A stretch of 63,959 nt of DNA, filler included, from Trichomonas gallinae (taxonomy: Eukaryota): the NCBI GenBank assembly GCA_008369845.1. It is 9 parts of 9 records of this genome, joined end to end, with 100 filler letters (N's around TTAATTAATTAA, not from the genome) between each part and the next. Parts side by side here need not be neighbours in the genome. Positions count along the whole stretch, not along the records: positions 45,420 to 55,792 come from MRSU01000305.1; positions 55,893 to 57,296 come from MRSU01000324.1; positions 57,397 to 58,492 come from MRSU01000328.1; positions 58,593 to 60,114 come from MRSU01000329.1; positions 60,215 to 61,426 come from MRSU01000343.1; positions 61,527 to 62,752 come from MRSU01000344.1; positions 62,853 to 63,959 come from MRSU01000391.1; 2 more parts are not named here. One strand, written 5' to 3'. The translations under genes were made by a program, and so were the position numbers. Under the pieces are notes generated by a model. It made no database searches and was not told where the DNA came from. It saw only the letters and a list, made by a program, of their open reading frames with translations. Below are positions 52,673 through 63,959 of the stretch, piece by piece. How positions within the stretch are numbered: the stretch's first letter is position 1; every line of letters begins with the position of its first letter.

Positions 52673-55156
52673 ATGACTAGGTTATCTGACTTCTTTCATC
52701 ATATTTTGGCAATATATTACCGAAAAACGTTGATATATTGGAAGACTCCAATCAAGCACATTTTAGCAATAATTTTTGCTATTTTCATATTCATTTCTCC
52801 TTTATTCATTCAAGATATTTCCAAATTGTTTAAAAACAAGACAGTAGTAATCAATTCCGACTTTTCAGCATTTCCAAAAGAGAATATTACACTTGTTCAA
52901 ATTAGAAATTCGGATTGTGAACAGAATTCATGCTTTCCAGAATTAAAAGATGAACTTGTCAAAATGATCCACGAATCACACGGAATTTATCCGCAATACT
53001 TGGAATTTGATAATTTTTCAGAATTCGATAAGTGGCAGTACTCTCATGTCGCATCTGAGCACAGTTCAACGAATATCCCATTTGCTTATCAAGTAGAGAA
53101 TGAAACCTACATTGATTATTCAGGTGATGAACCAACTGGTTTTGTTGTAATAAGGCAAATGTATAACGACTCACAATCTACTGACATTTTCCTTTCCATT
53201 TTACAAAGAGCAGCATACAGAGCATGGAATAGGAATAATACAAAAGCAGACATCAAAGTATCCTACACATTTGTTCCAGCACATGAAAGCACAGAAGACG
53301 AAAATTATTTCTTTGCTTCCTCTATAAAATATGTTGGGTATTTCGCGTTAATTATCATGCTTTCAATGATTTACGGAAATATTGCTGAGGACTTTAATTC
53401 TCCAGTAAGAAATTACTTGATGTCATGTGGAATGAGTGGATTTGCATATTGGATAGGAAATTATATTTCAGATTTGATCTACATGATTTTCTTTTCAGTT
53501 ATTACCTATATAATCAATGTTACGCAGAAAAATTCACTATTCAAAACAATTCCTACAATTTCTTTCTTTTCACACACTTTCTCTATTATTGTAACTATTC
53601 CTTATGTATATATTTGGGGTTGGTTCTTTAAGAACAAATCTTTGGGTCAGACAATTTTTATTATCTATCATATCATGTATGCTGTTTTAATGATTGTAGT
53701 TCAACTTGTTTCATATGGTGATGAAAATAATTCAACAGTTTCAATATTGACTAAGTTCAGCGTATTTTGCCCATTATGCATCTATTATTCTGTCTTTGAT
53801 TGCATTTTAGATTATCAATACACGAATCAACCAATTCCAAAAAATATGAATTTCCTCAAAACAAAATATGCACCAGTATTTAATGTTTTGATTGCATCTT
53901 TCTTCACTTGGCCTGCAATTGTCTTTATTATAGAATTCGTGATGAAGAAACTCAAAGAAAGGATTGAGAAATCAAGATGGGCATCTTATCGTTCAGCATT
54001 TGATGCAATTAAGAAGACTCAAGTAACAACACAAGAAGCAATTGACATGGAAGAAAGAATTAAAAACGCGAATCCAAATGATTACGCGATAATGATCAAA
54101 GATGTTTCGAAATATTTCTCAGATACAAGTAGAGGAATGATATATGCAGTTAATCAGGTTTCTCTCGGCATTGAGAGTGGATCAATTTTCGGATTTTTAG
54201 GATCGAATGGTGCAGGAAAAACAACATTGATGAAAATGATATTAAGAGAGGTACAAGCAACAAATGGAAACATCTTTGTGAATGGAAATGACGTGTTAAC
54301 TAACTTTGATCCAAAAAGTATATCAATATGTCCACAGTTCGATGATCATTTAACATATCAAATGACTGGCATGCAAAACTTGAAATTCTTCAGTCTATTA
54401 TTTAACAAAGACAACAAGCAAATGATAAACAAACTTATCAATGATTTGGATTTACACGAACACATCAATAAACCAGTCAGCACAATGTCAGGAGGAAATC
54501 GTAGGAAAATTGCTGTCGCTGTTGCCTTTTTGTCTGATGCTGACATTATACTTCTCGATGAGCCAACATCATCATTAGATCCAATCGCTCGCCACAAAGT
54601 ACATAATCTTATAAATGAATTCAAAGGAAGAAAGACATTTATGCTTTGCACGCATCTGCTCGAAGAAGCTGAAAGTTTGTGCGATAATATTTCAATAATG
54701 CTAAATGGTAGCATACATACTATAGGCACACCTCAGTATTTATCAAACAAATTTGGAACAGAATGGAAAGTCGATATTTTGCTTACAGACACTTTTGAAG
54801 AGACACAGGAAAAAGTCACAGAGTTCTTCAAAGAAAAACTTCCTACTGCTGTTGCAACAATTTCCAGACCACTGTCAAGAATATATTCTATTCCTTCTTC
54901 TGATATTGATATAACTGACTTATTTAAAGTCATTTCCGAAGGCCAGAAAGCTGGAATCGGCATCAAATATTACACTTGTTCATGCTCGACTCTCGAGAAA
55001 GTCTTCTTGGAGCTAAGTATGGCCAGCGAGCAGTTCCAGCGTGTTACATATGGAAAACATGATGAACCTGAGCCTGAACCAATACCAATACCAATAGTAA
55101 AATATCCAACAGCAAAGAATTGTGTTATCCAGACAATGCATGTTATTGATCTGTAA
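52673..55156 (+). CDS. ABCA-family half transporter (TMD-NBD)
   Basis: FGFLGSNGAGKTT, CPQFD, MSGGNRRK, LDEPTSSLDP, THLLEEAESLCD and STLEKVFL. Confidence 0.95.
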   Translation: MTRLSDFFHHILAIYYRKTLIYWKTPIKHILAIIFAIFIFISPLFIQDISKLFKNKTVVINSDFSAFPKENITLVQIRNSDCEQNSCFPELKDELVKMIHESHGIYPQYLEFDNFSEFDKWQYSHVASEHSSTNIPFAYQVENETYIDYSGDEPTGFVVIRQMYNDSQSTDIFLSILQRAAYRAWNRNNTKADIKVSYTFVPAHESTEDENYFFASSIKYVGYFALIIMLSMIYGNIAEDFNSPVRNYLMSCGMSGFAYWIGNYISDLIYMIFFSVITYIINVTQKNSLFKTIPTISFFSHTFSIIVTIPYVYIWGWFFKNKSLGQTIFIIYHIMYAVLMIVVQLVSYGDENNSTVSILTKFSVFCPLCIYYSVFDCILDYQYTNQPIPKNMNFLKTKYAPVFNVLIASFFTWPAIVFIIEFVMKKLKERIEKSRWASYRSAFDAIKKTQVTTQEAIDMEERIKNANPNDYAIMIKDVSKYFSDTSRGMIYAVNQVSLGIESGSIFGFLGSNGAGKTTLMKMILREVQATNGNIFVNGNDVLTNFDPKSISICPQFDDHLTYQMTGMQNLKFFSLLFNKDNKQMINKLINDLDLHEHINKPVSTMSGGNRRKIAVAVAFLSDADIILLDEPTSSLDPIARHKVHNLINEFKGRKTFMLCTHLLEEAESLCDNISIMLNGSIHTIGTPQYLSNKFGTEWKVDILLTDTFEETQEKVTEFFKEKLPTAVATISRPLSRIYSIPSSDIDITDLFKVISEGQKAGIGIKYYTCSCSTLEKVFLELSMASEQFQRVTYGKHDEPEPEPIPIPIVKYPTAKNCVIQTMHVIDL

Positions 55157-55405
55157 ATTTGATAATATTAAAATAAATATAAGTTTGCCATTACTATAGT
55201 TCTTTATTTTATCTTATTGTTTCGAAAACAACCAATCATTAGAATTCGAAAATCTAGAAATTTTGATTAGAATTATCTATTTATCCAAAATTCAAATGCA
55301 TTCCTTGCATTGATGTGCTTAAGTTAATTCTTATAATTACTGATTTGAGCGATTGTTGATTTTGTAATAATTTTCGAATTATCAAAAAACTTGACTTATT
55401 GATAT

Positions 55406-55792
55406 TTAGTTTGGAACGATCTTTGTGCCACGCTCGCCCTTGAGCGCCTGAAGGGCGCAGTCGAGAGCTGTGATGAGAGCTGGTTTGCCTGTGGACTTGA
55501 CGAAGCGGAGGCAAGCCTGGACCTTTGGAAGCATGGATCCCTTGATGAAGTGGCCTTCCTCGATGTACTTCTCCATCTCAGCAACTGTAGCTTGGCGGAT
55601 TGGTGTCTCATTCTCCTTGCGGTAGTTGAGGAGAGCCTCTGGAACGTCTGTAAGGATCATGAAAGCATCAGCCTTTGTTGCAGCAGCGAGGACAGAAGCA
55701 CCAAGGTCCTTGTCGATAACAGCGTCGACACCCTTGATTCTGTTCTCCTTCTCATCGAGGATAACTGGGATGCCACCACCACCAGAGCAGAC
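55406..55792 (-). CDS. Carbamate kinase, C-terminal part (5' end lost in the gap)
   Basis: CSGGGGIPV, GVDAVIDKDL, ILTDV, GHFIKGSMLPKV and GERGTKI. Carbamate kinase belongs to the arginine dihydrolase pathway. Confidence 0.96.
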   Translation of the reverse strand, partial: VCSGGGGIPVILDEKENRIKGVDAVIDKDLGASVLAAATKADAFMILTDVPEALLNYRKENETPIRQATVAEMEKYIEEGHFIKGSMLPKVQACLRFVKSTGKPALITALDCALQALKGERGTKIVPN

Positions 55793-55892
55793 NNNNNNNN
55801 NNNNNNNNNNNNNNNNNNNNNNNNNNNNNNNNNNNNTTAATTAATTAANNNNNNNNNNNNNNNNNNNNNNNNNNNNNNNNNNNNNNNNNNNN
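55793..55892. other. Artificial contig linker
   Basis: N44-TTAATTAATTAA-N44. Confidence 0.98.
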
Positions 55893-56791
55893 TCAGCCAT
55901 TTTACAAATAATCCATTAAATGAATTTATTGAATTTCTTCCAATTCAAAAGTGCATTCAAATCTTTTTCAATTCCTATTACCAAAAATATGTCTAGCATT
56001 TAATTTCTTTTTCTAGTGATCATTACATTATTTTATTATTAATTTCCTTATTGCAATTTCCGGATTTTTATCAATTCTCATTCATTGAATCTTGCTTATT
56101 AATTTCAAATTTTCAAACAAAGCATTTTTATACTCTTTGTTTAATTCAAATACTCAAAAATATTATCGGTTTTGATGAAGTTTCAATATTATTACCCAAA
56201 ATATTCATCCAATTTATTCAACTTGATTTCGATGATATCTTTTCAGAACTCCTTCAAATTTTAATTCTATATTATCAATCAACATTGAAAGATTTTCTCT
56301 TACAGAATGACCAATTTATTCAATTTATAGAATATTTGAATAATGAAATTGACGCTGATCAAGATATTGAATTATTTCAGATCCTTTTAAACAATTTTCC
56401 AATCTAAGTTTAGGTCAAAAAGTGTCACTTTTCAGAAGCGTAAAAAATACCAGTTGCCATATCGTCACAGCTCCCATATTTATATTTGCAAGCATTTGCT
56501 GATTATTTAATTAATCAGCGATAAACTGTTGTGTTCTTTTGCCAATAAATTTTATGACCATTGCAGATTACATTCTTAATTATACATTACTTGTTCGCTT
56601 TTTTTTTCTATATAGATTTTGTTTTTGATGAAAACTTCGCCATCCCCATTACTCCTTACACTACAAATCAGATATATATCATATTTATCTTGTGTAGTTA
56701 CAATATTATATTAAAATTTTTTATTCATAATTATTAACAAAACAAATCGAATAATAAACAATATATAAATCAAATATCTTCTCCAATGCTT

Positions 56792-57296
56792 TTAATTCTT
56801 TTCTTCTTTTTTTAGTTTTCGATTAATAAATTGTGCAGGAAGAACATTTTGACTTTCTTCTAGGTTTTGAAGATTTATTCCTTGTAAAACAAATTCATTG
56901 ATTGAGTCAGGTTGAATAACGTCAGGATATTGATTCTTTACTGCAAAAATATGATAACAAGGCAGGTGAAATCGCTTTGTATAGTTACAATCGCAAGTAT
57001 TTTTATGCGATGAACCATTATTAATAACTTCTAATTTGGCTACATTACCTAAGTATGCAATATAAAAAATTTTGAGTCCCTCTATAGCTGTTACCTGGCA
57101 GCGAAAGGAGATTTGCTTAATTTGATCCAATTGGCACATTAAAAATGCACTAGATGCTTGAGCTCTGAACAACTGGATGCCAAGTGACCTAAGGGTCTGA
57201 AAGTAATTATTGATAATAATTGATTATCTCGCACAGATCTTGCATTTTCAGATTGGCATTAAGAGACTCAATAATCGAAGTGGCCATTAAGCCGGC
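56792..57296 (-). mobile_element. Degenerate Mutator-like (MULE) transposase fragment with SWIM zinc finger
   Basis: AGLMATSIIESLNANLK at the contig edge matches the MULE T..(E)S.N..LK motif. After a frameshift comes TCDCNYTKRFHLPCYHIFAV (SWIM CxC..CxH). Confidence 0.85.
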
Positions 57297-57396
57297 NNNN
57301 NNNNNNNNNNNNNNNNNNNNNNNNNNNNNNNNNNNNNNNNTTAATTAATTAANNNNNNNNNNNNNNNNNNNNNNNNNNNNNNNNNNNNNNNNNNNN
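57297..57396. other. Artificial contig linker
   Basis: N44-TTAATTAATTAA-N44. Confidence 0.98.
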
Positions 57397-58172
57397 TCGA
57401 TTACATCAAAGTAGAGAATAACTTCTGAATTAATTTGATAAACAGGTTGTATCTCTGTCTTTAAGAAGATGAAAGGAGGCATCCTAATAACATCACCTGG
57501 AGCAACAATAAAGCCGAGAGTTGTCTCTTCCCATGGATTCAAAAAAAGTTTCTGCCATGCGAAAGCATAGACAGAATCTTGGCTGCTTGTTGTTGTATTT
57601 GTGTCATCATTAAAGTATGGATAATCCTTTGGATCCAAAGATCCTGAATTTGGAAGATTGCCGAAATAAATTGAGGAAACATCAGGGAAATATGATCCCT
57701 TGAGAAGAATAGTATGTGCATAGTATCTGCTTTCAACAATGAAAGAGCGTTTATCTTTGGAAAGCTTAACAGTTGCATTATCATTGTTGAAGAATGAGGC
57801 ATCTGCAAAAACGCCAACATCAACTGTCATATTATCATGATAACGTCTGTTTTTGAGGAAAAGTTTAACTTGGAGGTTGCCAGTAACTGGGTCATATATT
57901 TCATCTCGTTCACTTCTTTTCAATTCAAGCCATACTTGGTCATTGGGATTGATGTGATTATCTTTCCATCTAAGTAAATGGACTTCTCCTGGATTTCCAT
58001 CGCTGTCATAAATGCGCAAAGCAACGAAATATCCTTCATCATTTGGTGTCATTGATTCATTTATTGATTCAGATTTAGCGTATTTAAGTGTAAAGCATGC
58101 ATCAGGATTTGATGGCTTATCAAGAACAATATGGGTCTTAAATGCTGCGATTAGACTCAATAATGCAAGCAT
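57397..58172 (-). CDS. Putative secreted/surface protein, N-terminal part (truncated by the gap)
   Basis: Short signal peptide MLALLSLIAA followed by a beta-rich domain (DVGVFADASF, DSVYAFAWQ); open to the gap. Confidence 0.7.
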
Positions 58173-58492
58173 GGTAAATTTTGAGTTTGCGTTTTCAGAT
58201 ATAATTGAATTTTGATATAAATAACTTTAAGAAAATATCCTTACATTAATGCTTATATAGCAATGATGGTATATTTGAATTCAATAGTATTGAAAAAGCA
58301 TGACAGGATTTTATTCGGACCAATACATGCATTGTTATTATATAATTATTTTTGCGTTTTCAGGAATATAAAAAAATTAAGTTTTCAACAGGATTCATTG
58401 CTTTATATACATCCATCAATTACATTTGATCCATCAAATTTGTCAAAGTTGATTTGTCAAAATTATTTCGTCATTTTTTTTTTTTTTTTTTT

Positions 58493-58592
58493 NNNNNNNN
58501 NNNNNNNNNNNNNNNNNNNNNNNNNNNNNNNNNNNNTTAATTAATTAANNNNNNNNNNNNNNNNNNNNNNNNNNNNNNNNNNNNNNNNNNNN
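58493..58592. other. Artificial contig linker
   Basis: N44-TTAATTAATTAA-N44. Confidence 0.98.
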
Positions 58593-59761
58593 CCTAAAGG
58601 TCTAGAGATTAAAAAATGAGCGTGGATTAAAAAAGACGATAAAAACCGTTTTCGTGCAAGCGCACCCTTAAATACAAATTTTTATTAAAAAGCCGAATCC
58701 GCTGCGTCATGTTAGTTTTTTTGTTGATTTACTTGTTATTTTGGTTCTACTACTTTTCCTTAATATGTTTTTATGGTTATTTTCGTGATTTATCAGAAAG
58801 AAAATCGATTTTTCTTGGGCCATGACATGTTGTCCGACAAATATCTTCATATTTAGATAGCATACATTGTATGTGTGACATTTATAGATGAAATTGCCGA
58901 ATTTAATGATATTCAAATCTTGGAAAGAAATAAACAATGTTAATCTTTATTCTTGTTTAATATATAATTCATTATGTGCTTTGCAGCTCATTTCGATATT
59001 ATAATGGCAAGTATATAAAATACGAAATATGATGAGTTCAGATATTGAGTTTCGAAGCCGATCTATTGTACATTCGTGCTTATTAACAATATTAGGTATT
59101 GATGCCATGCAGAAACATCGAATCAGCACTAGATTTCAGTATCAATTTCTGGAATATTAGTATTAAATCCTTAAATCGCGGGCAATATGGATTTCTCCAT
59201 AAGGTATACAAAATTTCGTATGTATGGCCTTCACACGGCACGTTTTTTCTTTTTTTCAAAATCTGGACTTTTAAATATTCAAATTTCCATGGTACTGTAC
59301 ATCTGTGCTTGTATATATACCTGACACAACCCGTATTTTGAGATTCTAATTGCGATTTCATGGGTTATTTTCTCGTTGTAGCAAATTCAATACGTATTCA
59401 ATTTTTCAGGAAAAAACAATAAGATGGAACAACACAATTAATGGAATATTAAGCAATATAATGTTTAACGTGTTTTTATTAATTTTGACAATAAAATTTG
59501 CCGGCAACATAATATGTTTCTTACACTTGTAATCAACATCTTGTCCATAAAATTTGATTTAACTGGTCTGACAGTCATTCAGAAAAACTGTCATGTAAAA
59601 ATATTAAAAATCGGTTTATGTAAAAAATTCACAGGTTGGGCCAAGAATAATCAACGGGAATAATTGAACAAGAATTGAAAGAAAATTTGATAAAATACGA
59701 AATATATGAAAAAATAAAAACATTAAATCCAAAGTTATGATAGTCACAAACATTTATTGTA

Positions 59762-60114
59762 TTATATTAGGAAGTGGGCAATCTCATCTGGAATGCCAGA
59801 GTTAGAGAAATCAATATCATTGATAATGTCATTGATTTCAACTGTTTTGTTCACTGTTATAGAGTTAGAGGCGTCAGAATTTTGATGACTCCTCTTATTT
59901 GTCTTAGAAAGACTATGTCTATCTGAGTTTTCATTCGTAACCAAATTAGATTTGGTTGTGTTTTCAGTTTCTTTATTGTAGTTCGCCCATTTTTCTTTCT
60001 TAGAGCGTCTTTCTTGCTTGTGTTCAAGGTGGCCAATTCCGTGGTATTTCGTTAAAGCAGAATTCCATCTGTTCTTAACATTGTTGCCACTGCGACCGGG
60101 TAGAAATTGTGAGA
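59762..60114 (-). CDS. Myb-like DNA-binding protein, C-terminal part
   Basis: The frame open from the gap reads SQFLPGRSGNNVKNRWNS, the Myb R3 recognition helix. Confidence 0.9.
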
Positions 60115-60214
60115 NNNNNNNNNNNNNNNNNNNNNNNNNNNNNNNNNNNNNNNNNNNNTTAATTAATTAANNNNNNNNNNNNNNNNNNNNNNNNNNNNNN
60201 NNNNNNNNNNNNNN
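60115..60214. other. Artificial contig linker
   Basis: N44-TTAATTAATTAA-N44. Confidence 0.98.
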
Positions 60215-60714
60215 GTTGCAGAAACGGTGGAACTGATTGATTGAGATTTGCGTTCGATGCTTGTAAGAATGATATTGAGTTGCTTCTTGTCAACGCTGTC
60301 ATCAGCGGAATCAAGAGCAGCACGAATGACGCTAGAGTATGATTTCGAGAACATCGAATTGAATGATGAAATTGGATCACCAGCGATAATGCCGGCAGCA
60401 ACCAACTGATCGATATTTGTATTTGAAATTGACTGCTTGTTTTCTTTTTCGATCTTGAGGAAGTATGGAATAAGAATGCAAGACTTGCCTGGGTACTCAG
60501 AGGGGTCATCTGAGACTGTCATTTCAAGTGGCTCGCGTGATGTGACGTAGAAGAAAAGTGCAGGAACTTCATCGTGAGTAGATAAGAATCGATTAATCTT
60601 ATTCATATCTTCTCCTGATAGTTTTGATGCCCAATCTTCAACGCCATTGGAATCATTGAAGAGAAGGTTATCAGCAACCTTCTGCCAAAGAAACTTGTAG
60701 CGAGGATCGGCCAT
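60215..60714 (-). CDS. N-terminus of a large protein, possibly an axonemal dynein heavy chain (truncated)
   Basis: The pattern MADPRY..L, INRFL..ALFFY, YFLK and GII.GDPI..F...Y resembles outer-arm dynein N-termini; no motor domain is visible. Confidence 0.5.
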
Positions 60715-61426
60715 TAAAAAAAAATTTGACCGTTATTTTTTTCGCATTCAATTCGTGTCACGTTTATAATTTCTAACGTGTAATCTTGACGCTTATCTCT
60801 TTTTCTGGAGCGTTTTGTGGCGTGATTTTGCTTTCGTTACTATCTGCTTTGTTATATAAATCTAGCTATTAGAAAAATATAACAAAAAAATCTGCTTCTT
60901 CAGAAAGTGAAAAATTAAAACTGAAATTGGCTAATTCTTTTTGAAATGAATAGATGTATTTGTACGCAGTTGAAAAATAACAAAATCACTAAGATTTTTC
61001 GATAAAATTTCATATCGTGTTGTCACGTTTTCAGAATTCTGCCTTTGGACAGATTTGTAATTTGTCATAATGTCAAAATTACGATTATTTTCAATTCAAT
61101 TTTTTGCATTCAAGAATCACATTATCTCACATTTATTTTGCTGAGTTAATATGATATGAAAAGCAGTTAAGCTCTTGCACTAATATTTAAAGCAAATCAT
61201 GTGAGTTAAAAAATATTTTAATCATATAGTGGAATCAAAAAATAGGCCTAGACGATAACTATTGAGGGGGAGGATTATGTATTGTAAGCACTTTTTGTGA
61301 GGATAGTTTAGGTTTCTGAAGCTATCTACCTCGGCTGATTTTTTGTTGTATCAATTCATTGAAAAAGTCAATAAGAAAAATTGAAGGAGGCACGTTTTAG
61401 AGAATAGAAAATTTTATACAAAAGTT

Positions 61427-61526
61427 NNNNNNNNNNNNNNNNNNNNNNNNNNNNNNNNNNNNNNNNNNNNTTAATTAATTAANNNNNNNNNNNNNNNNNN
61501 NNNNNNNNNNNNNNNNNNNNNNNNNN
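61427..61526. other. Artificial contig linker
   Basis: N44-TTAATTAATTAA-N44. Confidence 0.98.
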
Positions 61527-61882
61527 TTGGTGCACGCACTGATGTCCAATGCCGCTACCGCTACATGCTTATCAAGAAGCACGGCAGCTCCAATTCACTC
61601 AAGAGACTGAGAAACAAGCAACATTCCAAAGTCTTTTACGAATCTTCTTCCAACGAAGACTCAGATTTCCTTACTGACAGTTCAGACATTGATTCTGTTC
61701 TTAGTTCATTCAATGAAGAGGTAAACACAAGCCCACAGCCAACAACTCAGGTTCCTGAGACTATTGACGAGACGTCTTTATTCGAGACTACGGCTACTGG
61801 CGATGTCATCGACAGCATCTGGAAGTCATTATTCGATGAAAATGGTCTTTTCGAGTTCGGAATGAATATTGAGGTAATTTGA
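61527..61882 (+). CDS. Myb-like DNA-binding protein, C-terminal part
   Basis: The frame open from the gap reads GARTDVQCRYRY, followed by an acidic tail. Confidence 0.82.
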
Positions 61883-62675
61883 AAAAATCAAATTTCCTTA
61901 ACTTAGCATAACCATTCTCTGGAGGAATCATTATGTTAATATTCATGTTTATTAAATATTTATTGCGTTTTATTTATATATTCAGCTCTTTTTGCCCCTC
62001 CTATTTAAGTAATTCATAGATTGTATGCAATGATCGAACGGCAATTGGGCTCGCCGATGTATGTATTATTATACACTCAATGTGTAGATGTACTTAATCA
62101 TTTCCAAAATCGGTTCCTATATTTTATCTTCCGATGCAAGATTTTTGATTTCCATGAATAATACTTTTTTAAGCTTTAAACTATGTGGAAATGAGTATAG
62201 GTAGTATAAATATGTAGAAAATCACTTCATTTGATAGTGTTTTACCTTATGACGACGATGAAGAATATCACGAGATTTTTGTTCTTGATTTAACAATGGA
62301 TATAATATTAGGATATTATAGATAAGCAGAATTTAGTTGATAAATTGAGTTAACATAACAAAATTAGATTCGAAGATTTAATTTCCATGATTTAAGATCG
62401 TCTTGGTATTACAAAAAGATTATGTTAGGCGTGCATAGTGGAATTTACATCATAAAATACAGTGCTATCGCTAACGAAAATTTCTTAATAAATCGTTTGT
62501 TGGAGTCTTATGAACTAATTCATTTTCCATCATGCATAGTATCAGAAGATAGATACTATTATAAACATAGAATTTCTAAAATACGCAAACATTGTTGAAT
62601 TATGTACGATATAGTTCTACCTGAAAAGTTGATGATTTTTATCACTAAATATTCATTTTTTTCAATATTCGAGAA

Positions 62676-62748
62676 GGTTTCGTAGCTCAGTAGGTAGAGC
62701 GTAGTGCTGATAACGCTAAGGTCTTGGGTTCGAGCCCCAGCGGAACCA
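62676..62748 (+). tRNA. tRNA-Ile (anticodon GAT)
   Basis: 73-nt cloverleaf: acceptor GGTTTCG/CGGAACC+A, D arm GCTC/GAGC, anticodon stem TAGTG/CGCTA with loop CTGATAA (GAT at 62709-62711 = positions 34-36), T arm TTGGG-TTCGAGC-CCCAG. Confidence 0.95.
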
Positions 62749-62752
62749 CTTT

Positions 62753-62852
62753 NNNNNNNNNNNNNNNNNNNNNNNNNNNNNNNNNNNNNNNNNNNNTTAA
62801 TTAATTAANNNNNNNNNNNNNNNNNNNNNNNNNNNNNNNNNNNNNNNNNNNN
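62753..62852. other. Artificial contig linker
   Basis: N44-TTAATTAATTAA-N44. Confidence 0.98.
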
Positions 62853-63959
62853 TAATATTGAAGATTTTATTTAACAAAATTGTTACATGCATGATTGTAT
62901 TATGTAGTATTTTATAATATTGCTGATTTGGGCCATTATTTTGTAATAAAAAAATATTTTGATATAAAATAACACTCTAATGTTGACAATTGTAGAAAGT
63001 ATAGTACTTAGATATGTTATCGAATGTTGTGGCAAAAAATGTATATGATCAATTAATATTTAGAAAATGAAAATCATAAATAAACTACATTTTGATCACT
63101 TTCTGTAGTATTTTGTAGATTTAATGGGTTTTGCGTTTCTAGATTTGAATTTGACTTCGAAATTTCAGAGTTTAAAATTTTATCTGAAATTTCTTTGTTT
63201 TGAGGAGGAGGTTGGCGTTTTCGTACATCTATATGTTGATTTTATGAAATTACCACCTTTTAAAATGTCATGTTAGTAATATGTGTGATTATTCGAAAGA
63301 AGAAATTGATTTTGAATGTATTTGAGATTAGTAGGTAAAATGTCACATATTTTGAAATAATATGCTCCACCTGCATAAATGTAAAACCTGCCTTGCTTTT
63401 AGCAAATATTTGTAAATCTAAACGAATGGAAAAAAAATTGTTTTTAAATAGTAAAAGTATCTATAGAACACTAGTAGAATTGTATAGTATTAATTCAATA
63501 AAAAAAAAAATCAAAACGGAAAACGATGAAATTAATCGTTTTTCAATTTTTTTGAATCACACACAAAATATGCAGCAAGATGTTAAGAAGTATGATCATA
63601 ATCATCTTTTCTATTACGGAATTTGAATGTTTTTTTTTTTTTTTCAAAATTATCTTTAAATGAGCGATCCTGCATTTGTTCTATATCTCAAAGCGGAAGA
63701 TATACTTGCTTCGCCTTCCGATCTTCTGATTAATGAACTTATTGATGTTTTGCATCAACTCTCTCCAGAGTTAATTTCTATATTAAATTTATAAATGTTT
63801 CATGGTTATATCATATATAAATGTTTATCTATTAGAATGCATGACAAAAGCTAAGAATTTTGATGATTAAATCAAATCATATTATTTTAACTAAGGTTGA
63901 GAAAGGAGTAAGTAAAACTTCAAAGAGATTATCTCATTATAAAATCAATGTCGTTTAAA

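Noticed and set aside
55893..56407. 118-aa ORF at 56051
   Set aside because: TTG start and low-complexity F/I/L/Q composition; possibly a gene fragment but unsupported.
58593..59560. Overlapping short ORFs and a possible TTAA-flanked transposon end near 58670
   Set aside because: No partner TIR or transposase motif in the window.
25601..62852. Recurrent TTAATTAATTAA between N runs as a biological repeat; gene neighbourhoods across these gaps (e.g. HEATR5 with AP-1 gamma)
   Set aside because: Identical 100-bp six-frame-stop linkers added during assembly, so adjacency across them is unproven.
63660..63794. 44-codon ORF MSDPAFVLYLK...
   Set aside because: Could be a frameshifted gene start, but it is too short and too near the window edge to support.

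Overview
AT-rich, intron-free, gene-dense eukaryotic DNA that looks like a trichomonad (Parabasalia, Trichomonas-like) nuclear genome. The assignment is inferred from TCAYT/GTCACTTT core-promoter motifs just before ATGs, trichomonad-type ankyrin and Myb genes, ABCA half-transporters and carbamate kinase; the species cannot be determined. The window is a pseudo-scaffold of nine contigs joined by eight 100-bp N44-TTAATTAATTAA-N44 linkers, so adjacency across linkers is not evidence of linkage. Recognisable genes: TMCO1, an ankyrin protein, a large calpain, eIF2-beta, DnaJ, a GT61 glycosyltransferase, HEATR5/Laa1, an S28-fold EGF/TM protein, CTL/SLC44, bystin, AP-1 gamma, TM9SF, NSF, a CAMK-type kinase, ThrRS, Atg4, two divergent ABCA halves, and partial carbamate kinase, Myb and probable dynein genes. 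It also holds several pseudogenes, a MULE relic and one tRNA. Best leads: (1) intergenic arrays of a TTTACAYGWCAA motif phased at ~21 bp and ending ~55 bp upstream of unrelated genes; (2) a tRNA-Ile with a eukaryotic-type body but a GAU anticodon; (3) a small transmembrane plus FG-repeat protein with Pom121-like architecture; (4) a calpain with ~7 tandem accessory repeats; (5) a catalytically dead S28 peptidase-EGF-TM surface protein; (6) hAT-like terminal inverted repeats on either side of a contig break. All family calls come from motif recognition, not database searches.
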